A stretch of 42,846 nt of DNA, from NCBI GenBank assembly GCA_001662655.1, contig KV460269.1, one strand, 5' to 3'. Positions 27,179-38,706 of the stretch are shown here, piece after piece. Each line of letters starts with the position of its first letter. Position 1 is the stretch's first letter. This stretch comes from Pseudogymnoascus verrucosus. Lineage: Eukaryota. The position numbers and the translations under genes were made by a program. The notes below the pieces were generated by a model. It was not told the DNA's origin, made no database searches, and saw only the letters and a list, made by a program, of their open reading frames with translations.

Positions 27179-27702
27179 GAAACTGCTAGATTTGCTGGAA
27201 TATTCTTGTCCATGCTCATTCTAATTGTAGGCTCGGGACCCTGTTAATATTTTCTATGTATATACCAGGAGCGTCAGAAAAGTTAACATGCGCCCGACAT
27301 CAAAGAGTACTATAAAGGAGTTAGAGTCTATGCTAAGGGTGCGTGAGAATTATCGCCAGAAGCAATTTCTAGAAGCAGATAGATTCTTCACCACAGCTTC
27401 TTGCACTTTAATGTCTTAGTTTTCGAGATGTCGCTCACTCATGGGTTTTCTGGAAAAGTATATTGGCTGCACCTCGATACTTATGTACTAACAATACCTG
27501 GTCCGCTGTCTGTTAAATACGTCGTCGGAATAAACAAGCTCATTTACTTCAGAGAGTCACGAAAACAAGTCCCACCGCCGTGTTATCGTACGCCATCCTG
27601 CCCAGTACCGACTCGAATCCAACGTGGCACTCCAACACAGCGCTTCTGGATCTCAGAACCTATCGTTGACCACATCCTGGTACCTACAACTTCACAAGAG
27701 CA

Positions 27703-28002
27703 ATGACCCACCCTGTTCTCGCTCTCCTCAGCATCGGGCTCTCGATATGCATCGTCCTGCGCTGGCAGTCAACGGGCCCCTGGACGGACTTCTTCCAGCT
27801 TATCATCCTCGCCGCACTCTCCATGAAGGTTCTTGCTTGGATAATTTGGGCCTCGCTGTGGGAGGGCTGGGAGTGGGTGGAGGATGATGATGATGAATAT
27901 GAAGACGAGGAGAGAGAAATAAGAGAATACTGGCGTATGAGGGATGAGGAAGAAATGAGTGGGATGGTGGGAAGCGTGATAGATGGGGAGGAAGGAGAAT
28001 AA
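27703..28002 (+). CDS. Putative small orphan membrane protein with two hydrophobic helices and an acidic tail
   Basis: ATG-initiated 99-aa ORF with two TM-like segments and an EDDDDEYEDEE tail; no family recognised. Confidence 0.45.
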   Translation: MTHPVLALLSIGLSICIVLRWQSTGPWTDFFQLIILAALSMKVLAWIIWASLWEGWEWVEDDDDEYEDEEREIREYWRMRDEEEMSGMVGSVIDGEEGE

Positions 28003-28430
28003 ATGAAATTGGAGTGGTATACCTTTGGACTGTGCGTGTGTATGAAGGCCAATCCATGGGGATATGATATTTAGATTTGAGATTGTAGAAGGTCATTCTA
28101 ACAGCCCTTTTATCTTTTATGTTTATATTACTATAAGCGGCACATGACATTAGTTGATGGCGCAACCCCGCAATAGCCCACCCCCCGTCCGTTGTTCGTT
28201 TAGTTGCGGGGAAGGGGATCGTTCAGGGCCAGACGGCAGAACCTAACTCGTTACCGGAGAATACGCTCCGATACGTATTTAATCTTACAACCCTACCTTA
28301 CTGTACTTGGTTCGGATTTTACAGGGTTCCCCTCAGGATATTATAATCACTGCGGTAAGGGTCTTAGTTCAATTCTTGGCATACAGTACTGGTCCTCGCC
28401 CACCCCAGAGAAACCGACGACGTTATCCTC

Positions 28431-28478
28431 ATCCTTACTTCTAGAACGCTGCATATCGTAATCCCTACTTCTAGAACG
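28431..28478. repeat. 18-bp direct repeat ATCC(T/C)TACTTCTAGAACG x2 in TF promoter
   Basis: Copies at 28431-28448 and 28461-28478 (one mismatch); each contains TTCTAGAA. Confidence 0.8.
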
Positions 28479-28576
28479 ATACACGACTATCATAATTGGT
28501 TATTGACCGTGGTATATATGGGTGAGCAAGCTCTATAGGCGCGCCCCTAAAAGAACAAGCACATCCTTACTGGCTC

Positions 28577-31013
28577 ATGATGGATCGAGACATGAACTCC
28601 AGCACTAGCGCTCTCGATGCGAACCATCTTGAGAGGCCCTTCAGGTGCCTCGAGTGCCACTACGCATTTAGACGCGTAGAGCATCTCACTCGCCACGCGC
28701 GCAGCCACAGGGCGGAGCGCAACCTAGAATGCAGCTACTGCCGCAAGAGTTTCTACCGACTGTACGCATGGCCCTACAGTCCCATCAATTACGTGATAAG
28801 CCAATCGCTAACAGCGACCCCGCAGCGATGCCTTGAAGCGCCATGAGAAAGTCCACGCTGAGCCAAAGCGTAGCCTGCTTGGGAAAGGGGAAAGAGCATG
28901 TCTTGCCTGCGCTGCGTCGCGGAGAAAGTGCACCGGCGATACCCCGTGCTCGGCCTGTGAGCGGCGCTCCCTCGAGTGCGAGTATCCTGCGGCAGGCAAG
29001 AACCGACGGAGGCGTCCGGGAACGGCTCTTGATGAGTCCTCGAATGGTTTCAGCGCCGAGGATGTGATTACGAGCCCTCGTGAATCCATGATGTCTTGGT
29101 CAAATACCCCGCAGTCACCAGTTGCTGCTGGCCATCTAACTTACCAACCAGTGCTTAGTGATCAAGCTGGTGAAAAGCGGCCACGTTGTAGTCGATGCAA
29201 AGGTCGAAGATTGAGATATGAATATGGCACAACACGGCCGCGAACGATCAGGAGCCAGAGTCCGGCGCCAATTCAATATGATGGCTATGAGCAGTACCCT
29301 AACGATGACTGGACCACCCAGCAAGAGATAGTGCCTGGACACATACATTTCTTGGATGAGCGAGGCTTTGAGGAACTAGAGACGACCTCAACCTATAGTT
29401 ATGACTCGAATGTATTAGGAAATACACGCTCGCCTGTAGGGGATGATGCGACAGATATTGCAAGAAGTCCATCATTAAGTGCCCAGGGAGATGGTTTATC
29501 TCGCTCACGAGTAAATGCTGCCATGACGGCTTGGCCAACTATTCCTCCAATTCTGCTTGAGCTCAGTGTGCCAGCATTCATGGAGTTCTCAGAGAAGAGG
29601 AATAGAAGGGCTTTGGTTGATTACTTTTATAGCGTCTTCTCTCACCTTGTTGTTTTCAGCGAAGACATAGGAAACCCATTTCGACAGCTGATACTTCCCC
29701 TTGCTCACAGAGGATCTCCTGTCATGAATGCTATCTATGCTCTATCGAGCGCACATCTGGAGATCAGGGGCGTTAATACCGAGGAGAAGTCTTCATACTT
29801 TCATAACGAAGCCACACGAGGATTATCGAGGCTCATAAATAATAACGAGGGATTAAGCACAGAGGAAGTGCTTTGTGCAATATTGCTTCTGATTTACTAC
29901 GAAGCGGTTGGTTGACACCTATAGCTGGAGAATTCTTGAAATACTGACCAATCTACAGCTCGTCCAACGAGACAGCTACAATATGGTCATCGGTCACTTA
30001 AAAGGCGCAATGACTGTGATGACAACCTATTCTCAGACATCAAGCCCTACAAGCATGTTTCTCCAACGCGTTAGTAGATTTCCAAACTCAAATAACTTCA
30101 ATCTCACAAGCAGCAGGCTTTTCGATACTATGATGTTATCACAGCACTCTCTTTTGGCACACCGCCCATCTCGTCAGCTTCAACACCTCTTCTCCCATTA
30201 AACATCTTAGGAGCCACACGTCCTTCGCCCCACAACGACGTCGACTCCCTTCTAGGAATGACCACAAATTTTTGGCACATCATTCACCGCCTCTCTCTTC
30301 TCTGCGAACTAAAAGGAGAAATACAAAAGGCAGAAGCCCGCAGTGACGCTATGAAAGTCATGGTCCTCCGTACAGAACTCGAGTGTACATCTCATGCGAT
30401 TGAAAATTTCCTTATACAATGGAAGCCTTCTATTCGATGGCCAAGCGGACCATCGAAATCGGCACCTGATGATACAACTGAAATATGTAACTGTCCCAGC
30501 CCTGCTACTACTTCATCCTCACAACAGGTCCATTCGCCACCTCTCGGGTCATCAGATTGGGACTTTGACTTATCGTCTCCAAGCAATACCGCTAGTTGTG
30601 ATCTCACCGATCCCGATGCTCATATTTGGTCGATTATCAACAACGCGGAAGCATACCGCCAGGGTGCCCTCGTCTTTCTCTATCGCAACATTCACATGCT
30701 CGAGCGCTCTCACCCAAAAGTACAAAAGCACGGATCTCTCTCTCTGGCTGCTTGCGTGCGTGTCGTCGAATGGGCTGGTCCAATGCCCGCGCTGTTATGG
30801 CCAATGTTCATTAGTTCCGTTGAGGCAATAAGTGAAGAGGATCGTAGCATTGCGACGATGGCATTTTCTGGGACAGAGAGGAGACAGGGAATGCTGAATA
30901 TTACTCGAGCGTGGGAGATCGTTAAAGAGGTGTGGCGGAGGGGCGACGAAGGCGAGGAGGTGGATTGGAGAACCGTTTGTAAAGAAAGGGGGGTCAATCT
31001 CGTCTTTGGATGA
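28577..31013 (+). CDS. Hybrid transcription factor: two C2H2 fingers + Zn(II)2Cys6 cluster + Fungal_trans_2-type C-terminal domain
   Basis: CLECHYAFRRVEHLTRHARSH; CSYCRKSFYR|LDALKRHEKVH; CLACAASRRKCTGDTPCSACERRSLEC; NPFRQLILP, LLLIYYE, FRYYDVITALS, AEAYRQGALVFL, LLWPMF, VDWR. Introns 28762-28825, 29907-29958, 30070-30116. Confidence 0.9.
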
Positions 31014-31874
31014 TCTGTAATAAATGATGTTACCATCTTGGAGCTGGCCATCCTCATTACATAGAATTTGCCCGTCCCAAGTTGAACCCACCCACCACGA
31101 TGCTCCCTCCACATGAGAGCTCTCCTATAGTGCCAGGAGGCACTGGCCTTGGAGTTGTCCAATGATGACCTTGGGCCTGCAGATAAAAACTAGATCTCTA
31201 GGCTGCGCCCAGTTCTCTTCTTCTTTCCTCCGTAGCTTTGGATATTTAATTAAACCACCTCTTGACTTCCTAGTTTAACACTACGCTCGTGCACTGCTAC
31301 GGGTAAGACCAACCATTACAGGGCGAGCCCTTTCGGCCCGACCCCTATCCCTTCATGGAGGCTATCACAAGGCTGGGAGTTTCGTAGAGCAGAAATTCCC
31401 AACATCGAAAAGAATCACAGCCCCACTAAGCCACCCTCACATCGTAGAGCCCTGTTGGACCCACTCCTCCCGGAGCACCCGCATCACTGGCTCTAAACCC
31501 CAGCCACTAAATTTTAGCGGAGTTATGGTGGATTCCGAACAAATCAGGAGCGTCTTTACGCTTGGTGAGCATCTTCATCTTCATGGGGCTGTGCAAATTC
31601 GATATTGCAAGGCTGGACTTCTGATATTTGGTCGGGTACGATGCACATGATCCCTACGGCAGTATCTCCCTATCAGTCGGATGAAGATGGCGTGTACGGT
31701 CGGTCTATCCGTCTGCCTTCCCAGCGAGGTGAAAGTTGGCTATTCGTTTTGTCTGTTTTCCACAATTACAAGCTTTAAAAGCCATGTGGAAATACATATG
31801 CTCCGAGTCCCAAGCCTTTCCCATCATTAACACAAAGTCCTGGACCATATTGTCGATGCAGAATATCGTCCACC

Positions 31875-34800
31875 ATGCATTCGACCAGCATAGGTGATGT
31901 ACTGGCACTTCTTAGCTTAGTCAAGACGACCTACGACAACTACACCGATTCGAGGTCGGCATGTTTAGAAGTCAAGGCAGAGTTGGTTTTTCTCCCCGAT
32001 AAATTTATAAATCTCTGACGTTTTATAGTCTCGACATCTTGCTGTCGACCTTGGAGAACGTCGACACAGCCATTCATCAAGCAGATGAGGGAAGCGTGCT
32101 GGCAGAAAAGGTATCTGCGGTCTTAACTAGGACGCATACAATCATCAAGGAATTACAAAACTATCTCGAGCGTTATATAAAACAGCCGGACAATATCTTT
32201 GAGAAGGCTTCTTTAGCAAGTCGTCGAATGTTATTTAACGAGGACAAAATACGACGATTTCACAGAAGGATCAAGCTGAACCTTCTAGAACTATCAGTCG
32301 TCACATCATCCTCCGCCCTAAGAGCGACAGAACGACTGGCGAAAGCACAAAAACATCATGAGATGCTAAATTGGCTCGACGATAGGTCCTGTCCACCTAG
32401 ACCTTCTATTCCACACTTGGAACTCCAGGAAGGCATCGTCTCATGGTTTCACGATACTACTGAGTTTAAGGAATGGTTGGAAGAACCAGGGCGAACGCTG
32501 ATATGCGATGGCAAACCAGGTGCTGGCAAAACTACACTATTGGCTGAAACATTGACTATGCTAGAGCGGAAAGCCGAAAAGGAATACGGCGCAAGGGCAT
32601 TCGTATTCTTCCAGCAACATAACAGAGATCAACAAAGGCTCCAAGATGTTCTGCGCATTTTTGTTCTGCAGTTGTGCAAAGCGGCTGAATCACTCCCAGA
32701 CCCAAGCGCCTCGGAGGAGCTCGAGAAGCTCTTTAAGAAATGCAGATCGGAATATTCTCCAAGCGCCGATGATTTGATGAAAGTACTCCAATCAATGGTC
32801 AAGAAGTTTCCAAGAATATACTTTGTCTTAGATGCTATTGATGAATGCTCCGACACTGATAACGTTCGGGACCATCTACTCAGATATCTCAGGACACTCC
32901 AACTAGAGGCTGGGGCTGGGGTATCCATTCTTATATCCTCTCGTCACGATCATCCACATCGAAACTTGTTTAATAAACTTGGAAAGCCGGCTTTCTTGAG
33001 AATAAGTGCAAGGGACGATGATATTCGATCTTACGTGAACAATGAGCTCGAAAGCTCATCTGAACCTATCGTTGAGAACATCTGCAAGGAAGGTAGTAGA
33101 CTTCCCGAGGAGATTGTGCAACTTCTCATTACTTCGTCATCTGGGATGTGCGTATACCATTGATATATTATGCTTGTGTGTAGGCTAAATTGCTTCCAGG
33201 TTTCTGATTGCAAAATTGGGCATTCGAATGTTATTAGCGCAGCTTAAAATTTCTGAACTTAAGTCTGCAATGCACAAAGTGGAAGCAGGATTGGCAGATC
33301 CTTACGATCAGATGTACGACCTCAATATCCAGCGAATCCAAAATCATCGCGAGCGTGCATTGTCCATTCTCGCAAGACTCGTGGTTACAAAAAAGGCACT
33401 TTCTATTAGAGAGCTCCAGGAGAGTCTTGTGATGAATGATGAGCCGGAAGCTATGGATTTTGATGAGTCTGACTTCATTCCCGCCAAGAACATTCTCAAC
33501 ATATGCGTCGGCTTAATTGTGGTGGATGAAGCTTCGCAAAATGTCAGTCTTGTTCATTCCACTCTACGGGGGTATGTACAACGAAAGCACGCAGACCTAG
33601 TCGAAAGGGGTCATATTCAATTCGCAACTGCCAGTCTACGATACTTGTGTCTAGGGCGATTTGCCGATACACACAATCCAGCCGAGATCCAGTCGGGCGA
33701 TATTGGTCAGATCATGCCAGCCAGAAATGAGAAGTACAAATTCTTGAGATACGCGGCAACGTACTGGGCTCCCCACTTCAGAAGTACTACCACCACTGGA
33801 AATACTAAAAGTCACAATGAAAGAGAGTCCGACCTTGAGCGACTTGCACTGGCTTTCCTCGGGAGCAGTACACTTGTTGCTAGTGCCAGCCGGGCAATGT
33901 TCTTCCCGGAGATCTTCTTTACCGAAAAGTCGAAGGAAAACATGACCGGTCTCCACTTAGCTTCACTTTTCGGTGTTGACAGTCTAGTTGAGAAAGTAAT
34001 AGATTTAGGGCATTCAATTAATGCCGGAAACGGGCGCGGCCAGACTCCATTGCATATGGCAGCTATATCACGCCAGACGAGTGTTGCTAGAATGCTATTG
34101 GCATCTACTGGCATTCATCCTGATGCACGAGATGCGGAGGGCTACACGCCACTTCATGTTGCTACAGCATTAGGGGCTATAGGGATTGTCGGTCTACTAG
34201 CAGTTAGAACTGATGTTGATGTGAACGCCGTCGATGAGGTAATTCCGGGGCCTACTTTTACCATTATCCCAACTGGACTCCCAGGTCACTACATCGCTCT
34301 CGATCTAGTTGGGCTGTTAGAAAAATTTCATGCAGCGCGAGTTTCCGCTGATCCTGATGAAGGAAATGTTATGGACCCATCGACGACATCAAGCAACACG
34401 GCTGCTACAGGCTTGCAATTGCCTCCTGTTAATGAGGGACCCTCCTCCGGGAATGACTCTCTTGTTTCAGTACCGCCGAAAGTCATCGGATCTCGGGCTA
34501 CTCTATCATACCAAGATCTACTTCCTACCTCTAACTTAACTCGTCCTCACGGTCGAACAGCTTTGCATTATGCAGCGAGGATTGGAAACACCGATATCGT
34601 TAAAATGTTGTTAGATAACCCATCCATCCCGATCGATATCAAGGATGGCCAGGGAATGACCCCATTGCACAAGGCTGCCAAATACGGCCACTTATCGATT
34701 GTCAAATTGCTAATGGAGCGAGCTGGAGTAACCGCCTGGGAGCATTCTACTGAGCAGACCGGTCGCTTGCCCATCCATCTAGCTGTAAAATATGGTCACA

Positions 34801-35135
34801 TGCATGTGGTGGCTTTCTTTGTCTCTCAAGATAAGGATTTAGTCAATGCTGCAGACAAAGATGGGAGTACGATAGTGCATCATTCAATCTACCATGATAC
34901 TACAACGGTCATTGAGGACATCCTGAAATACGACAATGTCATGCCTGATGTCAGAGACAAGCGCGGAAGGACGCCGCTATGGGAGGCCATAGAAATCAAC
35001 AACATCCCTATGGTCTCAATACTGCAACAGCTCTCTGGTGTTAATCAAGACCCTACGGACAACGAAGGCCGTCGACCGAACAAGGCGAGAAGCGAAGAGA
35101 AGGAGCAAGTTCCACTAAGTAGTACCTTGCATTAA
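31875..35135 (+). CDS. Fungal NLR-like STAND protein: HeLo-like N-terminal domain + NACHT NTPase + ankyrin repeats
   Basis: Exon 1 MHSTSIGDVLALLSL (31875-31981); introns 31982-32028 and ~33148-33199. Walker A GKPGAGKT, Walker B YFVLDAIDEC, SSR sensor, GMFLIAKL, LVHSTLRGY, FLRYAATYWAPH, and multiple GxTPLHxAA ankyrin repeats. Confidence 0.9.
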
Positions 35136-35159
35136 TTAGTATATTATATTGTGGAATTC

Positions 35160-35330
35160 TCACTTGCGCACTCTCACTTAAACTCCCATTTCCCCTCGCA
35201 CTCAGGCTCACGCTGAAGCTCCCACTAAAGCTGGTTCCTAGACTCGAACTCGGACTGAAACCTAGTTTCAGTCTCAAACCTAGAACTGGGTTCAAATCTA
35301 GGTTCGGGCTCGCTCTCGCTTTCATCAACT
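35160..35330 (-). repeat. Degenerate ~6-bp-periodic low-complexity repeat (GAG/GAA-NNN), possibly part of a decayed ORF
   Basis: One minus frame reads VDESESEPEPRFEPSSRFETETRFQSEFESRNQL*WELQREPECEGKWEFK*. Confidence 0.45.
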
Positions 35331-35740
35331 TATAAGTAGAGGATTAGATCCCGATCCTCGAGAGGAATTGGGTTGCTAGCTCAAAGAAAAGAAGAGCCTT
35401 TACTCTCTTCTTCTGGGGGCGCTCTTGTTTCTAGGCCTCGACCCCCAACCCTTGAAGTTGTCTACAGGTCCTGTACATGGCGATTCCGGGCGGAGCTCCT
35501 GGCTCGACAGTATCCCATATGCCTGCCTCCTCTTGGAAGTATGGGAGCAATACGGATGTGTTCAAAATTGGTTATGAATACAGATATACAGTTTGGTGGA
35601 GTATAAACGCCATTTCAATCTCTTCAAACTCAAAATAGGTGGTTTATTTCTCTTTGTATCATCTTCAGAACCCTCTTTTCGCCCTCTTTGTAATTTCCTA
35701 AAGATAGCTTTAGCCCCTAGCAACAATGTTCTAAATATCC

Positions 35741-37943
35741 CTACAACCTCGCCCTTCCCTCCTCGCCCATGAGCTCTTCCACCCTCGCAAAGCGCTCAAA
35801 AAACCCAAGACACCCAGCATTCGCCAGCGTCGCGCTGGCCACCACCCTCTTCTCGCTGATAATCGCCTTCACCGGCACCTCAACCTTCTTTCCATTAATC
35901 GTCATCGGAAGCTCCGGACACTCGAATATATACTTCGGCACGTGGCGCGCGCTCAGTGCCTTCCTGATCGCGGCCCTGATCTCAGCCTCGAGCTCCACCG
36001 TGAACTTCGCGCCGGAGCGCATCTGCACGAAGAGAAACACGCGCTCGTCGCTGTCGCGCGGCCGTCGCTGCCCCACGCAGATGCTATCCAGGATGGCGGG
36101 GAAGTGCTGGACGACAGAGTAGATCTCGGCCGAGCCGAAGCGCACGCCCGATGGGTTGAGGACTCCGTCGCTGCGCCCAAGGAACTCAACACCGCCGGTC
36201 GACGCAACGATGCGGATATAGTCGCCCTGCGTCCAGACGTCGGCTAGCTGCGAGAAGTATGCTGAGTGGTAGCGTTCGGCACCACCATCGCCCCAGAACA
36301 TGACGGGCATACTGGGGAAGGACTTGCAAACGACGAGCTCGCCGGGTTGGCCTCGCGGGACGGGGACACCACTGGGAATTCCACTGCTATTTGTGGAGGA
36401 GGATGAAGGCTCGAAGACGCCGATATCCATGGCCAGTGCCGGGCGTTGTAGTTCGCCAGCGTAGACGGGGAGGGTGGGAACCTGGGCCGCGAAGCAGCAT
36501 GCCGTGTCTGTACCACCGGCAGAGTTGGCAAGCTGGACGTGAGCTCCGAAGGCGGTGCCGTAGAACCAGGCGTACTGCTGTGGAAGGAGGGCCGCGCCGG
36601 TGCAGTTCACCATTTCCAAGGCGGAGAGATCGAATTGCTTCTTCGGCTCAACCCCGCGGCGCTCGAGTTCTTCAAGGTAGCGGGGGGAGATGCCGAGATG
36701 AGTGACCTTGTGCTGGGCGGCAATCTCTAGGAGGACGGTGGGGGCGGTATGGAAGGGCGAGCCGTCATAGGTGATGATATGGGCGCCGGTAAGGAGGGAC
36801 GTGATGGATTTATTATACATGGCCCAGGAGGTTGTGGTGAAGATCATTTGCGTGGACGAGGGGCCGATGTTGTAGTGGAGGAGAAGTTCTTTCTTTTGAG
36901 AAATGAGAACGCCGCCTGCGCCATGGACGATGCATTTTGGCTGACCGGTTGTTCCGGAGGAGTAAGCAATTAGATAAGGTGTGTCGAAGGCGTGTTGGAA
37001 GAAAAGTTTCTCTCGTGTTATAGGCCTCGCCGTAGCTAAAAATGTAACAAGGGACTGGCTCTTGGAAATTTGCGAGATATCTCCCACATCTGCACCTCTC
37101 GGGCAAACGATGAACTTCTCAAATTCCGGCGTGCCCTTCAATGCATTCGCCACTTCGATGGCCTTTTGCTTGAGATTAGTTTTCTTTCCCGCATACACAG
37201 CGAGGTCCTCCATCAGCACGATTCGCGGCCGGACCTGTAGCAGCCGGTCAAGAATACCCTTCGTCCCCATGTCTGTGCTAGTGCTCGTAAAGATTGCACC
37301 GAGCGCCGTCACTGCGAGAAAGACGAGCATCGTATTGAGCGTATTCGATGCGACAATGGCGACGCGGTCCCCAGGGTTTACTCCCGCATTCCGGAACGCT
37401 GAGGCGTAGCGCGCGACAAGTGTGCGCAACTCGTCCCAGGTCACGGAGCGGACATCCGTGTTCCCTTCCCGGATGCTGGTTACGGCGAGCTTGTTAGGGT
37501 CCCGACCAGGGCCGTAGAGAATGTTTTCGGCGAGGTTGAGTCTCACACCGTCGAACCACTTCGGGATGCTGTGCATGGGAGCGGAAGTATCGACAACCTG
37601 GTTGCATCATTAGAAGATTTATCGTGAAATACGGGTCGGAAGAGTACTTTATTGTAAACGCCCGTGTAGATAATATCAGAATAATGGAAGACATCGTCCC
37701 AGAAATCGGCATAGCGAGATGTGGAATATTCATGAATATCATCGTATGTCTATCCTGAAGTATTAGACGTTCATCTCCTAAAATGATGCAACTTTTATCT
37801 CCTCATAACGAATGTTTGCTCACCTGTAGGCTCAAATTATGCCGCCTATTGACGTAGTGACGGAAGCGTTCGAGATATGTTGTTTCTGGATGCGGATGCT
37901 GCCAGAGCACCTTGGGAGGAACGATAGTGGCAGTTTGTGACAT
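35741..37943 (-). CDS. Acetoacetyl-CoA synthetase-like acyl-CoA ligase (ANL family), C-terminal PTS1-type ARL
   Basis: Introns 37823-37750 and 37647-37598; LWQHPHP, WFDGVRLNLAENIL, YSSGTTGQPKCIVHGAGG, GGTD, WTQGDY, GRSDGVLNPSGVRFGSAEIY, SARHVP, INGKKVEVPVK are AACS subfamily hallmarks. Confidence 0.92.
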
Positions 37944-38706
37944 GATGAGGAAGCACGGAAATCAATGTAATCTGAGTTGGCAAATCTAGAGAAAGGATCG
38001 CTAAAGAGAGTATAATAGGTAGGAAAGTAATAGAGCCAAGGCAGACCAGGGCCTCGGCGGTACTACATACCGAACGACGCTACTCACGATGTTGACGATT
38101 GTCCATGTGCCTTATTCCCCAATCCTATGCCGAGGAGTATGGACTTGGTGTAGGAAGCTGCACGAACCCAGGAAGTGTGCTGTTAACGCTAAGCTGCCGT
38201 GGAAAGACATTACCGTGTGAAGACATTGCCGTGGGAAGCTGGTCCGGCGGTTGTAGAAAGTAGGAACTAGTTCCCACCTTGAGCTGGGGAGGAGCGGGGT
38301 ACCGGACCGCTCCCTATTGGCACTCCTGTCCCTGTTATTGCCTTAGCGTTCTTTAATGTTACCCCGTTACCCCGCACATAAGGCCCCACTTCTCCAATAT
38401 TTCCCCAAGCTTCCGTCCCGTGGAATTGACTCCGTGAAGCTTTTCGGCTTCTTCTCCACCCGTAACCAGCCGACTGTATAGAAATTTATGTGGAGATTCT
38501 TGCTTGGTTTGTTAAGTTCTGTGTAGGAACATGTTTGTGAATCTCTTTCCTTGACCTCGTCGCAGAAGCATACTACCAAAAAGGCTGCTCTTCTTACACT
38601 TTTCGCCCCTTCTTTTAATCCCATTGCCACATATTTTCTGCTTAGCTTCTCTGGTTTCTGTATTTCCATTGTTGAAATTAACTATTTGTCTAATAAGCCA
38701 TTCATC
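37944..38706. promoter_or_regulatory. Divergent promoter for ligase and MDR with FarA-type CCTCGG sites, SYGGRG CreA-type sites, a CGG-N9-CCG inverted repeat and TACCCCG copies
   Basis: CCTCGG 38052-38057; CCGAGG 38130-38135; CTGGGG 38284; GCGGGG 38294; GGAGCGG...CCGCTCC 38291-38313; TTACCCCG x2 38359-38374. Confidence 0.55.
38196..38238. repeat. 16-bp tandem repeat (RCCGTGNRAAGACATT, ~2.7 copies)
   Basis: gccgtggaaagacatt accgtgtgaagacatt gccgtgggaag. Confidence 0.85.

Noticed and set aside
31020..31870. Possible ncRNA or TE relic upstream of the NLR (short repeats TCGTAGAGC and CCACTAA, small hairpins)
   Set aside because: No tRNA cloverleaf, 5S, snRNA, TIR or LTR signature could be supported by eye
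35053..35328. ORF with alternating hydrophobic/polar pattern (SFSGSFSVSLS) next to the NLR, considered as an amyloid signalling partner
   Set aside because: The pattern is a by-product of the 6-bp periodic repeat; no HET-s/PP/sigma-like motif, no matching motif at the NLR N-terminus and no effector domain
38196..38238. Short repeats as a CRISPR-like array
   Set aside because: Contiguous 16-bp units without spacers, in a eukaryotic context
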